Source of the DNA: an uncultured Clostridia bacterium
Lineage (GTDB): Bacteria > Bacillota > Clostridia > TANB77 > CAG-508
Assembly: GCA_947627105.1 (NCBI GenBank)
Contig: CANQUT010000005.1
Location: forward strand, 1 to 56,400
Length of the DNA stretch: 56,400 nt
Direction of reading: 5' to 3'
The translations under genes and the position numbers were made by a program. Shown here in pieces: positions 37,004 to 47,287 of the stretch. Numbering within the stretch: position 1 is the stretch's first letter; each line of letters starts with the position of its first letter. Below the pieces are notes generated by a model. That model did no database searches. It worked only from the letters and a program-made list of their open reading frames with translations, and was not told the origin of the DNA.

Positions 37004-38729
37004 TGCTATTTCCCCCTTTCACTTGTGATGTATAAACTTCATTATAAATTTTATTTGTTTTCATAAGTTCTTCATGTGTTCCTACACCATTTATTTCGCC
37101 ATTTTCCATTACAATTATTTTATCTGCATCTTGTACAGATGAAATTCTTTGTGCAATAATTAATTTTGTTATATTAGGTAGTTCTTCTTTAAAGGCTTTA
37201 CGTATTAAGCTATCTGTTTTAGTATCTACAGCACTTGTAGAATCATCTAATATTAATATTTTAGGATTTTTAAGAAGCGCTCTAGCTATACAAAGTCTTT
37301 GCTTTTGTCCGCCAGATACATTAGTTCCGCCTTCTTCAATATATGTATCATATTTGTCTTCAAATTGATTAATAAATTCATCTGCTTGAGCTTGTTTACA
37401 AGCTTTTATTATTTCTTCATCTGTTGCATTTTCATTTCCCCAACGCAAATTTTCTTTTATAGTTCCAGAAAATAATACATTTTTTTGTAAAACCATTGCA
37501 ACTTGATTTCTTAATGCTTTTAAGTCATAATCTTTAACATTTATTCCGCCAACTTTTAAATTTCCTGTTGTAACATCATAAAGCCTTGGTATTAACTGAA
37601 CCAATGTTGACTTTGAGCTACCTGTGCCTCCTATTATTCCTACTGTTTCACCTGATTTTATGTCTAAATTAATGTTTTTTAAACATAATTTGTTTTCATC
37701 ATTTACATAGCTAAAGCTTACGTTTTCAAACTGTATAGAGCCATTAGGCACTTCTTCTATAGGATTTTCTTTGTTTTTTAAGTCACTTTCTTCATTTAAT
37801 ATTTCTGTTATTCTTTCAGCAGATGCTCTTGATATCATAATCATAACTAAAACCATAGATAACATCATAAGAGATGTTAGTATTTGCATAGCATAAGATA
37901 TTAAGCTTGTAAGTTCACCAGTTGTTAAAGATAGTCCAATTATTGCTTTTCCTCCAAACCATGAAAGGAGTATAATAACTAAATTTATAGAAAATTGCAT
38001 TAAAGGATTATTTAATGCTACTATTTTTTCTGCTTTTGAAAAATCTCTATAAATTTCATTTGATATATTTTTAAATTTGTTTATTTCTTTATCTTCTGTT
38101 ACATAAGATTTTACTACTCTTATTCCTTTTACATTTTCTTCTACAACTGCATTTAATTTATCATATGTTTTAAATACTTTTTCAAATATTGGATGTGCTT
38201 TTGTTGCAATTAAATATAGTCCAGTTCCTAAAATTGGTATAGTTACTAAGAATATTAGTGCAAGTTTTGCATTAATAGTAAATGCCATAATTAGTGAAAA
38301 TACAAGCAATAATGGTGATCTTACTGCTACACGAATTATCATTTGAAATGCCATTTGTACATTTGTAATATCAGTTGTATGTCTTGTAATTATACTTGCT
38401 GTTGAAAATTTATCTATGTTTGAAAAAGAAAATTTTTGTACATTATAAAACATATCTTTTCTTAAATTTCTTGCAAAGCCATTTGAAGCCTTTGCTGCGG
38501 TTCTACCTGCTAAAACACCAAAAACTAAAGATGCTATAGCACATAAAATTAGAACTGCTCCTACTTTATATATAACTCCTGTATCATTTTGGTTAATTCC
38601 ATTATCTATTAAAATTGACATTAAAAATGGAATTAAAACATCTAAGATAGACTCTATTGATACTAATATAGGTGTTAATATTGCTGCTTTTTTATTATCT
38701 CTAATTGATTTTGCTAATGTTTTTATCAT
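36993..38729 (-). CDS. ABC exporter, fused permease/ATPase (half of a heterodimer)
   Basis: GGTGSSKST, VSGGQKQR and ILDDSTS motifs. 578 aa. Confidence 0.85.
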   Translation of the reverse strand: MIKTLAKSIRDNKKAAILTPILVSIESILDVLIPFLMSILIDNGINQNDTGVIYKVGAVLILCAIASLVFGVLAGRTAAKASNGFARNLRKDMFYNVQKFSFSNIDKFSTASIITRHTTDITNVQMAFQMIIRVAVRSPLLLVFSLIMAFTINAKLALIFLVTIPILGTGLYLIATKAHPIFEKVFKTYDKLNAVVEENVKGIRVVKSYVTEDKEINKFKNISNEIYRDFSKAEKIVALNNPLMQFSINLVIILLSWFGGKAIIGLSLTTGELTSLISYAMQILTSLMMLSMVLVMIMISRASAERITEILNEESDLKNKENPIEEVPNGSIQFENVSFSYVNDENKLCLKNINLDIKSGETVGIIGGTGSSKSTLVQLIPRLYDVTTGNLKVGGINVKDYDLKALRNQVAMVLQKNVLFSGTIKENLRWGNENATDEEIIKACKQAQADEFINQFEDKYDTYIEEGGTNVSGGQKQRLCIARALLKNPKILILDDSTSAVDTKTDSLIRKAFKEELPNITKLIIAQRISSVQDADKIIVMENGEINGVGTHEELMKTNKIYNEVYTSQVKGGNSNEE

Positions 38730-38768
38730 TGTTTATCTCCTTCTTGTATTATTTTTTACTAGTTAATT

Positions 38769-38880
38769 GCTTTAATAGTACTATTTTTTGCAGTTTTAAA
38801 AGGTCCCGTTCTGAACCTTCATCTTTGAACTTTCTGCTGCAACAGGCATTTGAAAAACAAAAAACTAGTACTATTAAATC
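38769..38880 (+). repeat. 112-bp palindromic intergenic repeat, copy 3 (diverged centre)
   Basis: Shares AATAGTACT...GCAGTTTTAAAAGGTCCCGTTCTGA...CTGCAACAGGCATTTGAAAAACAAAAAACTAGTACTATT with the other copies. Confidence 0.85.
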
Positions 38881-38959
38881 TTTAATGTAATTATAACTAT
38901 TATATAGTAACATATTTTAAATTATATTTTATATTTTGTATAAAAGTTCATTATATTTA

Positions 38960-40069
38960 TTATAAACTTATAATTTTTTCCCAAGTCATATTTTCCTTTC
39001 CAAAATGTCCATAATTTGTTGTTTGTCTATAAATTGGCTTTTTTAAATCTAAATAATTAATTATTCCTTTTGGTGATAGGTCAAATTTATTTTTAACTAA
39101 TTTTACAATTTCTTCTTCTGGCATTTTAGAAGTTCCAAATGTATCTATACAAATAGATAAAGGTTCTTCCATTCCAATTGCATAAGATATTTGAATTTCG
39201 CATTTTTTAGCTAGTCCATTTGCTACAATATTTTTTGCAATATGGCGAAGCATATATGCCGCAGATCTATCTACTTTACTAGCATCTTTTCCAGAAAATG
39301 CTCCTCCACCATTTCTGCCATAGCCCCCATAAGTATCTACAATAATTTTTCTACCGGTTAAGCCAGTATCTCCAAGTGGTCCACCTATTACAAATCTTCC
39401 TGTTGGATTTACATATATTTTTGTGTTTTCATCTAAATATTTTGCTGGAACAACTGGTTTAATAACTTTTTCTATAATATCATTTTTCATTTGATCAATA
39501 TTGGCTGTTTCTAAATGTTGATTAGATATTAAAATTGTTTCTATTCTTTTTGGCATATCATTTTCATATTCTACTGTAACTTGTGTTTTTCCATCTGGCC
39601 TTAAATATGGAATTTTGCCATTTTTTCTAACTTCTGTTAATTTTTTGGCTAATTTATGAGCCATGTTTATTGCAAATGGCATATAATTTTCTGTTTCGTC
39701 ACATGCATAACCAAACATAATGCCTTGATCTCCAGCGCCACCAATATCAACGCCCATAGCTATATCTGGGCTTTGTGTTGTTATGTTTACATCTATATTA
39801 CAGGTTCTATAATCTATATCTGTTTTTTCATTATCATAGCCTACTTCTTTTAGTACATTTCTTGCAATTTCTTCTACATTTATTTTTGCATTTGTTGTTA
39901 TTTGACCAGCTATTGTAATTTTATTTTTAGAAGCAAATGTTTCCACTGCTACTCTTGAATTTTCATCTTGTTTTAAGCATTCATCTAAAATGCTATCTGA
40001 TATATAATCACATAGCTTATCTGGATGCCCTTCTGTTACACTTTCTGATGTAAAAAGATAGTTTTTCAT
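38960..40069 (-). CDS. metK: S-adenosylmethionine synthase
   Basis: [24 protein letters not shown] and DTYGG motifs. The ATG at 40069 follows GAAGGGAAG. The ORF-track upstream extension is unlikely. Confidence 0.95.
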   Translation of the reverse strand: MKNYLFTSESVTEGHPDKLCDYISDSILDECLKQDENSRVAVETFASKNKITIAGQITTNAKINVEEIARNVLKEVGYDNEKTDIDYRTCNIDVNITTQSPDIAMGVDIGGAGDQGIMFGYACDETENYMPFAINMAHKLAKKLTEVRKNGKIPYLRPDGKTQVTVEYENDMPKRIETILISNQHLETANIDQMKNDIIEKVIKPVVPAKYLDENTKIYVNPTGRFVIGGPLGDTGLTGRKIIVDTYGGYGRNGGGAFSGKDASKVDRSAAYMLRHIAKNIVANGLAKKCEIQISYAIGMEEPLSICIDTFGTSKMPEEEIVKLVKNKFDLSPKGIINYLDLKKPIYRQTTNYGHFGKENMTWEKIISL

Positions 40070-40114
40070 ATATAATCTTCCCTTCTTTGGCAAAAAAACT
40101 CAATATACTATATA

Positions 40115-40143
40115 ATTTTACTAAAAAATAATTAATATTTCAA
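40115..40143 (-). promoter_or_regulatory. candidate sigma-A promoter of metK
   Basis: Minus strand TTGAAA (40143..40138), 17-nt spacer, TAAAAT (40120..40115). Leaves only about 40 nt of leader. Confidence 0.5.
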
Positions 40144-40294
40144 TATTTTTGTTGTTAATTTATTCATATTTTTAATTATTCTTCCTCTCGTATCGTATGC
40201 CAAAATTCGACAATTTTTATAAAAACAAATATTTTTATTACTAAGTTATAAATGAATAGTTATTTTAATATATTAAAATTAGGTGATTTTTTAT

Positions 40295-41561
40295 ATGTTA
40301 ATTAAAAGTATAAAATTATCTAAAAAGAGAATCTTAGCAATTAGTATTACTTCTCTATTAATTGTTTTTATATTGCTTGGATTTTTTCTTGTTCAAAAAT
40401 ATGGATTTTTTAATTCTTCTCAAAAAAATAGCAATAATGAAAACAATAATTCTAAGCAAAATGATACTAATTTTGAAAATATAGCATTAGAGCAAAATAG
40501 TATAGAATTCCAGCAAAACGCTGTGCCTGATAATACAACTTCTGAACCAAAAGAAGATACTAATTATATTAAATGGTTTGAATTTAATGTGAGTTATGAT
40601 GTCCTGCAAAAAACAGCTAATTTAGATATTTCCTCACATGTGAAAGATGAACAAGTTAAATATAATTGGATAGAACTTATTTCTTATCTTGCTTGTAAGT
40701 ATGGTAACAATTTTTCTAAATTTAAACAAAAAGATTTAGATAATATTGTTTCACGTTTAAAAAACAGTGAAACTATTGATAATATTACAAAAGATATGAA
40801 AAATTATTCATATTATTACGAGGGTTATGAAGCTGTTTTATCTCAATTTATTGGCGAATATTATGCTACAAATGTAAATTCTTCTGCTGCTAAAGTTATT
40901 AACAATGCTAAAAATAATTCTAATGCCTTTGAAAATAGCAATTCTACTAATATTAAAGCCAATAATTCGATAATAGAAAGTTCTTTTGCAAATGTATATG
41001 GTATAAAAGCTTTTCACCCATTGGCACAAGGTTATAGCTATTCTCATTATGATGACTTTGGAAATTCTAGATCGTATGGTTATAAAAGATTACATTTTGG
41101 AAATGATTTAATGGGAAGTATTGGCACACCTGTAATCGCTGTAGAATCCGGCTATATAGAAGCTATTCGGTTGGAATCAATATGGTGGTTGGAGAATTGG
41201 AATTAGAAGTTTTGATAAAAAACGTTATTACTATTATGCTCATTTAAGAAAAGGGCACCCTTACGCCGAAGATATTTATGAAGGTAAAATTGTTCAAGCT
41301 GGTGATGTAATAGGTTATCTTGGTATGACTGGCTATAGCACTAAAGAAGATACTAATAATATAAATGTACCTCATTTGCACTTTGGCATACAGTTAATTT
41401 TTAATGAGGTACAAAAAGATGGACCAAATCAAGTTTGGGTAGATGTATATAATTTAGTTGATTTTTTAAAGAAAAATAGAAGTACTTCTATTATGAATAA
41501 CAGCAAAACTAAAGATTACATACGAAAATATGAGATAATAGACCCTATTGTACCGGAGTAA
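40295..41561 (+). pseudogene. membrane-anchored M23-family metallopeptidase interrupted by one frameshift at an in-frame CGG (candidate +1 recoding)
   Basis: Frame 0 reads ...HFGNDLMGSIGTPVIAVESGYIEAIRLESIWW...*. The +1 frame from 41169 reads GWNQYGGWRIGIRS...YYYAHL...VPHLHFGIQ (HxxxD and HxH motifs split between frames). CGG at 41168-41170. Length 3n+1. Confidence 0.8.
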
Positions 41562-41581
41562 ATAGTTATAATTACATAGAA

Positions 41582-41692
41582 GCTATAATAGTACTAGTTT
41601 TGCAGTTTTGAAAGGTCCCGTTCTGACATTTCTTCTTTGAACCTACTTCTGCAACGGGCATTTGAAAAACAAAAAACTAGTACTATTCTAGC
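41582..41692 (+). repeat. 112-bp palindromic intergenic repeat, copy 4 (diverged ends and centre)
   Basis: Same conserved arms (AATAGTACT..GCAGTTTTGAAAGGTCCCGTTCTGA...CTGCAACGGGCATTTGAAAAACAAAAAACTAGTACTATT). Lies between convergent genes. Confidence 0.85.
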
Positions 41693-41710
41693 GATTAAGT
41701 TATAAAACGT

Positions 41711-44446
41711 TTATTTTACATCATACCAGTTGTCTGCTTCTGAAACTTCTACTTCTAAAGGTACTGCTAATTTCATTGCTTGTTCCATACAATCTTTTAA
41801 AATTTGTTTTACTCTTTCTTTTTCTTCTATTTTACATTCTATTAGTAACTCATCATGAATTTGAAGAATAATTTTTGCATTTAATTTTTCTTCTTCTAAT
41901 TTATTAAATACTTTTATCATTGCTATTTTCATAATGTCTGCTGCTGTACCTTGTATAGGGGTATTCATTGCTGCTCTTGTACCAAACTGCCTTACCATAT
42001 AATTATTAGAAGAAAGTTCTGGAATGTATCTTCTTCTATGGAATAATGTTTCTACATAACCTTGCTCTTTTGCCTGCTCTGTAATATCATCCATAAATCT
42101 TTTTACACCACTATATTTTTCCAAATATTGTTCAATATATTGCTCAGCTTTTTTTCTTCCAATTTTTAATTGCTCTGCTAATCCAAAACCACTTATTCCA
42201 TATACAATGCCAAAATTAACTGCTTTTGCTGCTGTTCTTTGCTCTTTTGTAACTTCTTCTAATGGAACATTAAATACTTTTGAAGCTACTTGTTTATGAA
42301 TATCCTCTTCATTTTGAAAGGCTTTTCTCATATTTCTATCTTTTGAAATATGAGCTAATATTCTTAGTTCAATTTGAGAATAATCTGCATCAATAAAAAT
42401 ATTTCCTTCTGTAGCTTTAAATGCTTTTCTAATTTGTTTGCCAAACTCTATTCTAGTAGGAATATTTTGTAAATTTGGCTCTGTAGAACTAATCCTACCA
42501 GTTGCAGTAATTGTTTGATGAAAATATGAATGTATTTTTTTAGTTTTAGAATTAATATATGGTATTAGTCCTTCTACATAAGTAGAATTTAATTTCATTA
42601 AACTTCTATATTCTAAAATTTTATCTATTACTGGATGCTCTGGTCTTAATTTTTCTAAGATATCTACATCTGTTGAATAGCCAGTTTTTGTTTTCTTATA
42701 TACAGGAAGCTTTAACTTTTCAAATAAAATAGTTCCTAATTGCTGAGTAGAGTTTATATTAAATTCTTCACCACATAAATTATAAATATTTTGTTTTAAT
42801 GAATTTATTTCTTCTTTTAATTTATCACCAAAAACTATTAATTCTTGTTTATCTGCATATATTCCCTCATATTGCATACTACCTAAAACTTTTACAAGTG
42901 GCATTTCAATATTATTAAATAGTTCTATTGAGTTTAACTCTTCTAATTTTTTAAGCATTACTTCTTGTAATTTTGCAATAGCATATACACTTATAGAATT
43001 TTTATGTTTTTCAAAGTCTAAGTTAGAATCTTCCATTTGAAACAATGTAATTTGAGTTTCTTTGTTTTCTTTTACACCTATAGTTTCTAAATATTGCATA
43101 ATATCAATATTTAAATATTGTTTTGATAATTCTTCTAATTTGTAATTGCTATTTGTTGGGTTTAAGTCATAGGCTGCAATTTCTGCATCAAAGAAAATTC
43201 CATCTTCACAAATTCCAATTTGTTTTAAAAGTACGTAATCTTCGCTTAAGTGATAGCCATATTTTAATATTTCTTTGCTTTCTAAAATATCTTTAAAATA
43301 TGAAAGCCAAAGCTCTTTATTATTTTCCATTTTAATTTCATAAACTTTACTGTCATAATAAATATAAATTGCAGTTATATCTTTATGAATAATTTTTCCA
43401 TCTTCGTTATTTGAATCTACTTTAGCAAGTAAATAATATAACTTTTTATCTTCTTTTATTTTTTTCAATAATTCTTGAATTTTTTCTTGCTCATTTATAG
43501 AAATGGTTTCTATTTCAAATAAGTTTTCTAAATTTTCTGTTTGTGTAACTAAAGATTCTGCTTGTAAACCAAAACGCTCAATATATCTATTGAAATTTAA
43601 TTCTTTAAATTTTGAAAAAACTTCCTCCTTATTCCATTCTTTCATCTTTAAGTCCTCTATTTGTTCGTCAATAGGAACTCCTATATTTATAGTTCCTAAA
43701 GTTTTAGAAAGCTCTGCTAATTCTTTATTTTCTACTAATTTTTCTAACATTTTTGGCTTTAAATCAGTTTCATTATTTTCAATTGCACTATATAAATTCT
43801 CAATAGAATGATATTTTTTAATTAGCTCTAATGCTGTTTTTTCTCCTATTCCTGGAACGCCTGGAATATTATCAGAGGTATCTCCCATTAAGCCTTTTAC
43901 ATCTATTAATTGTCTTGGTGTAACACCATACTTTTTAATAATTGCTTTTTTGTCAAAAGTGTCTACTTCTGTTTTTCCAACTTTTGTATGAGGAATACGT
44001 ACTTTTATCTTTTCAGAAGTTAGCTGAAATGTGTCTCTATCTCCAGAAACAATTGTAACATCTAGGCCTTTTCTTTCTGCTTTTTTACAAATCGTTCCTA
44101 AAACATCATCTGCTTCATAGCCTTCTTTTTCTATAATTTTAATATTCATGGCTTTTAAAATGTCCTTTATAATAGGCATTTGCTCTGCAAGTTCATTTGG
44201 CATTCCTTTTCTATTTGCTTTATAGCCTTCATAAAGCTTATGTCTTGCTGTTGGTGATTTTAAGTCAAAAGTTACCATTAAATATTGAGGGTCTATATCT
44301 TCTAACACTTTAAATAATATTGCCAAAAAGCCATAAACTGCATTAGTATATTTTCCATCTGGAGTTGTAAGCATTTTTGTACTCATTATTCCATAAAATG
44401 CCCTATTTAATATGCTATTCCCATCTATTAATACTATTTTATCCAT
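41711..44446 (-). CDS. polA: DNA polymerase I
   Basis: 911 aa. 5'-nuclease N-terminus (LIDGNSILNRAFYG), polymerase motifs DYSQIELR and QIHDELL. Confidence 0.95.
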   Translation of the reverse strand: MDKIVLIDGNSILNRAFYGIMSTKMLTTPDGKYTNAVYGFLAILFKVLEDIDPQYLMVTFDLKSPTARHKLYEGYKANRKGMPNELAEQMPIIKDILKAMNIKIIEKEGYEADDVLGTICKKAERKGLDVTIVSGDRDTFQLTSEKIKVRIPHTKVGKTEVDTFDKKAIIKKYGVTPRQLIDVKGLMGDTSDNIPGVPGIGEKTALELIKKYHSIENLYSAIENNETDLKPKMLEKLVENKELAELSKTLGTINIGVPIDEQIEDLKMKEWNKEEVFSKFKELNFNRYIERFGLQAESLVTQTENLENLFEIETISINEQEKIQELLKKIKEDKKLYYLLAKVDSNNEDGKIIHKDITAIYIYYDSKVYEIKMENNKELWLSYFKDILESKEILKYGYHLSEDYVLLKQIGICEDGIFFDAEIAAYDLNPTNSNYKLEELSKQYLNIDIMQYLETIGVKENKETQITLFQMEDSNLDFEKHKNSISVYAIAKLQEVMLKKLEELNSIELFNNIEMPLVKVLGSMQYEGIYADKQELIVFGDKLKEEINSLKQNIYNLCGEEFNINSTQQLGTILFEKLKLPVYKKTKTGYSTDVDILEKLRPEHPVIDKILEYRSLMKLNSTYVEGLIPYINSKTKKIHSYFHQTITATGRISSTEPNLQNIPTRIEFGKQIRKAFKATEGNIFIDADYSQIELRILAHISKDRNMRKAFQNEEDIHKQVASKVFNVPLEEVTKEQRTAAKAVNFGIVYGISGFGLAEQLKIGRKKAEQYIEQYLEKYSGVKRFMDDITEQAKEQGYVETLFHRRRYIPELSSNNYMVRQFGTRAAMNTPIQGTAADIMKIAMIKVFNKLEEEKLNAKIILQIHDELLIECKIEEKERVKQILKDCMEQAMKLAVPLEVEVSEADNWYDVK

Positions 44447-44467
44447 ATTACCTCCAAATTTTTAATA

Positions 44468-45544
44468 TTATATTCTATCTTTTGTTTTTTTATTTTCATT
44501 ATTCTTTATATCTTTTGACTCCATTAAAAGCTCATCAAAATCTGAAATATATTTTTGATCTTGTATAATTCTGTATTTCTCAAATTCAGTCTCTGCATGC
44601 AATTTTGCCATTTCCGCTGATATTCTTCCATTATCCTTTAAAATCTCATGATCCCATAATGTTAAAAATCCATTTAACCTTTTTTCCCAATCTTCCATTG
44701 TCATAGGTATATGCCTCATTGCTTGCATTTCAGCTAAATCTAAATATGCTGATACAATTCTCTCTAACTGGGCGATTTCATCTTCTGATAAATAATTTTT
44801 AGCAACAACTACATCATACCTGTGTATTTTACTATTTGGTGCCCCTTCCCAAGTAGTTAGTCCCATATTTTCTTTTTTATGGTCTGCTCTATTATAAATA
44901 ATTTCTGCGGCAGTATTACCAGATATTGCATAATGTAATTTATTTTGTACAGAAGTAAAAAATCGAATTGTTGATTTTGCCGTTTTATCATAGTCTATTG
45001 AAGTCGCATAAATATCAGTTATTTTTTGATAAAATTTTCTTTCTGACATCCTTATTTCCCTAATACGTTCTAACTGTTCTTCAAAATATTTTTCTGTTAA
45101 AATTGAGCCGCCATTTTTTAAGCGTTCATCATCCATTACCCAACCTTTTATTGTGTAATCTTTAACTATTTGATTTGCCCATTTTCTAAATTGCACTGCT
45201 CTTTCATTATCTACTTTAAATCCAATAGCAATTATCATTTGAAGATTATAATGTGCAACATTTCTTGAAACCTCTCTGTTACCTTCTTTTTGAACTATTA
45301 AGAAATTCTTAATAGTTGAACTTTCGTCTAATTCATTATCTTCATATATGGTTTTTATATGTTGATTAATTGCAGATGTTGTAACATCATATAAAGTAGC
45401 TAACATCTTTTGTGTAAGCCAAATATTTTCATCTTCATATCTAACTTCTATTGATTCCGGATTATCTCCTATTGCAGCTACATAAGTTAAATATTCTGCT
45501 GCACTTGAACGTATGGTAATTTCATTATCTTTTTTCTTTTTCAA
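44468..45544 (-). CDS. RhuM-family (virulence-protein-like) protein
   Basis: 358 aa. IWLTQKMLATLYDVTTSAINQHIKTIY...YNLQMIIAIGFKVDNERAVQFRKWAN is the characteristic RhuM block. TTG start behind AGAAAGGAAG. Confidence 0.7.
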   Translation of the reverse strand: MKKKKDNEITIRSSAAEYLTYVAAIGDNPESIEVRYEDENIWLTQKMLATLYDVTTSAINQHIKTIYEDNELDESSTIKNFLIVQKEGNREVSRNVAHYNLQMIIAIGFKVDNERAVQFRKWANQIVKDYTIKGWVMDDERLKNGGSILTEKYFEEQLERIREIRMSERKFYQKITDIYATSIDYDKTAKSTIRFFTSVQNKLHYAISGNTAAEIIYNRADHKKENMGLTTWEGAPNSKIHRYDVVVAKNYLSEDEIAQLERIVSAYLDLAEMQAMRHIPMTMEDWEKRLNGFLTLWDHEILKDNGRISAEMAKLHAETEFEKYRIIQDQKYISDFDELLMESKDIKNNENKKTKDRI

Positions 45545-45615
45545 TAATTTTCTTCCTTTCTAATTTTAAATATACTTTCTAATAAAAATTAGAGGCGTCA
45601 AAACTTTTATTGATA

Positions 45616-46173
45616 TTATGCTGTAGTCTTATCTTTTTCTATTTTCTTTTTATATCTATCTTCCTCTGAAAAAATACAGCCACAATATTTTTGCATATAT
45701 AAGCCAAGCTCTCTTGCTTTTGCTTGTCCCTCTCTAAATCCTACTCTAAAATCTCTATATAAAAAGTCTAGGTCGTATTTTTTAGCAATTTTTTCTGCAA
45801 TTTGCTTTAATTCTTCATGTTTTTGGTATGGGCTTACTAATAAAGTTGTAGTAATAGTATCATAACCATGTTCTTTAGCATATTTGGCAGTTTGCTCTAA
45901 TCTCACTACATAACAATAATCTGTGCATCTTGTTTCTAAGCTTCCAATGACATTTTTACAAAAATTATCCAAACCATATTCTTCTTCAAATATGGCTTCT
46001 ACTTCAACCAATTTTGCATATTCTTTTAAACAATCCCTTCTTGCTTTATATTCTGTATATGGATGTATATTTGGATTATACCAATATACTGTTGGTTCTA
46101 TTCCTTCTTTTCTTAATGAATCTATGCAATATACGCTACATGGTGCACAACATGTATGCATTAAAAGTTTCAT
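45616..46173 (-). CDS. queH: epoxyqueuosine reductase QueH (DUF208)
   Basis: MHTCCAPCS N-terminal Cys motif and C-terminal YCGCIFSE. 185 aa. Confidence 0.85.
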   Translation of the reverse strand: MKLLMHTCCAPCSVYCIDSLRKEGIEPTVYWYNPNIHPYTEYKARRDCLKEYAKLVEVEAIFEEEYGLDNFCKNVIGSLETRCTDYCYVVRLEQTAKYAKEHGYDTITTTLLVSPYQKHEELKQIAEKIAKKYDLDFLYRDFRVGFREGQAKARELGLYMQKYCGCIFSEEDRYKKKIEKDKTTA

Positions 46174-46238
46174 AATATTTCTCTTCCTTCATTATTTACA
46201 TTTTGTAATTAATCATAATTTTTGTTATGTTATTTATC

Positions 46239-47243
46239 TTATCCCTCATAAGCTACACCAATATGGCTATAAGCAGATGGTGTTGCAACTCTACCTCTAA
46301 CTGTTCTTGCTATAAAACCAATTTGTATTAAATATGGTTCATAAACATCTTCTATTGTTTCTACTTCTTCTCCTATTGTAGTAGCTATTGTTTCAATTCC
46401 TACTGGTCTTCCTTGATATTTAATAATTAATGTTTCTAATATTTTTCTATCTACATCATCTAGACCCATTTCATCAATTTCAAGCTTTCCTAAGGCTGTT
46501 TTTGTAATTTTTAAAGTTATGTTTCCATCTCCTAAAACTACAGCATAATCTCTAACTCTTTTTAGTAATCTGTTTGCAATTCTAGGAGTTCCTCTTGAAC
46601 GTCTTGCAATTTCAGCTGCTGAATCTTCATCAATTTGTATTTCTAGAATTTTAGCTGATCTTTTTATGATTGTTTCTAAGTCTTTAACTTGATATAGTTC
46701 TAAATGATGAATTATTCCAAAACGATCTCTTAATGGTGTTGCTAAAGCTCCTGCCCTTGTTGTTGCACCAATTAAAGTAAATTTAGGTAAGTCTAGTCTA
46801 ATTGACCTAGCACTTGGACCTTTGCCTATCATAATATCTAAAGTGTAGTCTTCTAATGCTGGGTATAAAATTTCTTCTACACTTTTGTTTAATCTATGAA
46901 TTTCATCAATAAATAGTACATCAAACTCTGATAAATTTGTTAAAATTGCTGCTAAATCTCCTGGTTTTTCAATTGCTGGTCCAGATGTTATTTTAATGTT
47001 TGAGTTCATTTCATTTGAAATAATATTTGCAAGTGTTGTTTTACCAAGTCCTGGTGGTCCATATAGCAAAATATGGTCTAAAGGCTCTCCTCTTTTTTTG
47101 GCAGCCTCTATATATACTTTCATATTTTGTTTTACTTTATCTTGTCCAATATATTCTTCTAATGTTTTTGGTCTTAAAGAATTTTCCATTCTTTCTTCCT
47201 GCACATCTTCTAACTCTGGACTAATTATTCTTTCTTCATCCAT
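46239..47243 (-). CDS. ruvB: Holliday junction branch migration helicase RuvB
   Basis: [27 protein letters not shown] and TTRAG motifs. 334 aa. Confidence 0.95.
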   Translation of the reverse strand: MDEERIISPELEDVQEERMENSLRPKTLEEYIGQDKVKQNMKVYIEAAKKRGEPLDHILLYGPPGLGKTTLANIISNEMNSNIKITSGPAIEKPGDLAAILTNLSEFDVLFIDEIHRLNKSVEEILYPALEDYTLDIMIGKGPSARSIRLDLPKFTLIGATTRAGALATPLRDRFGIIHHLELYQVKDLETIIKRSAKILEIQIDEDSAAEIARRSRGTPRIANRLLKRVRDYAVVLGDGNITLKITKTALGKLEIDEMGLDDVDRKILETLIIKYQGRPVGIETIATTIGEEVETIEDVYEPYLIQIGFIARTVRGRVATPSAYSHIGVAYEG

Positions 47244-47287
47244 ATTTAATTGTTAAATTACTCCTCTCGATTTAATGTTTTTGGCTT

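Noticed and set aside
40070-40282. SAM-I (S-box) riboswitch upstream of metK.
   Set aside because: The leader is AT-rich with no S-box core, and the best promoter leaves only about 40 nt of 5' UTR.
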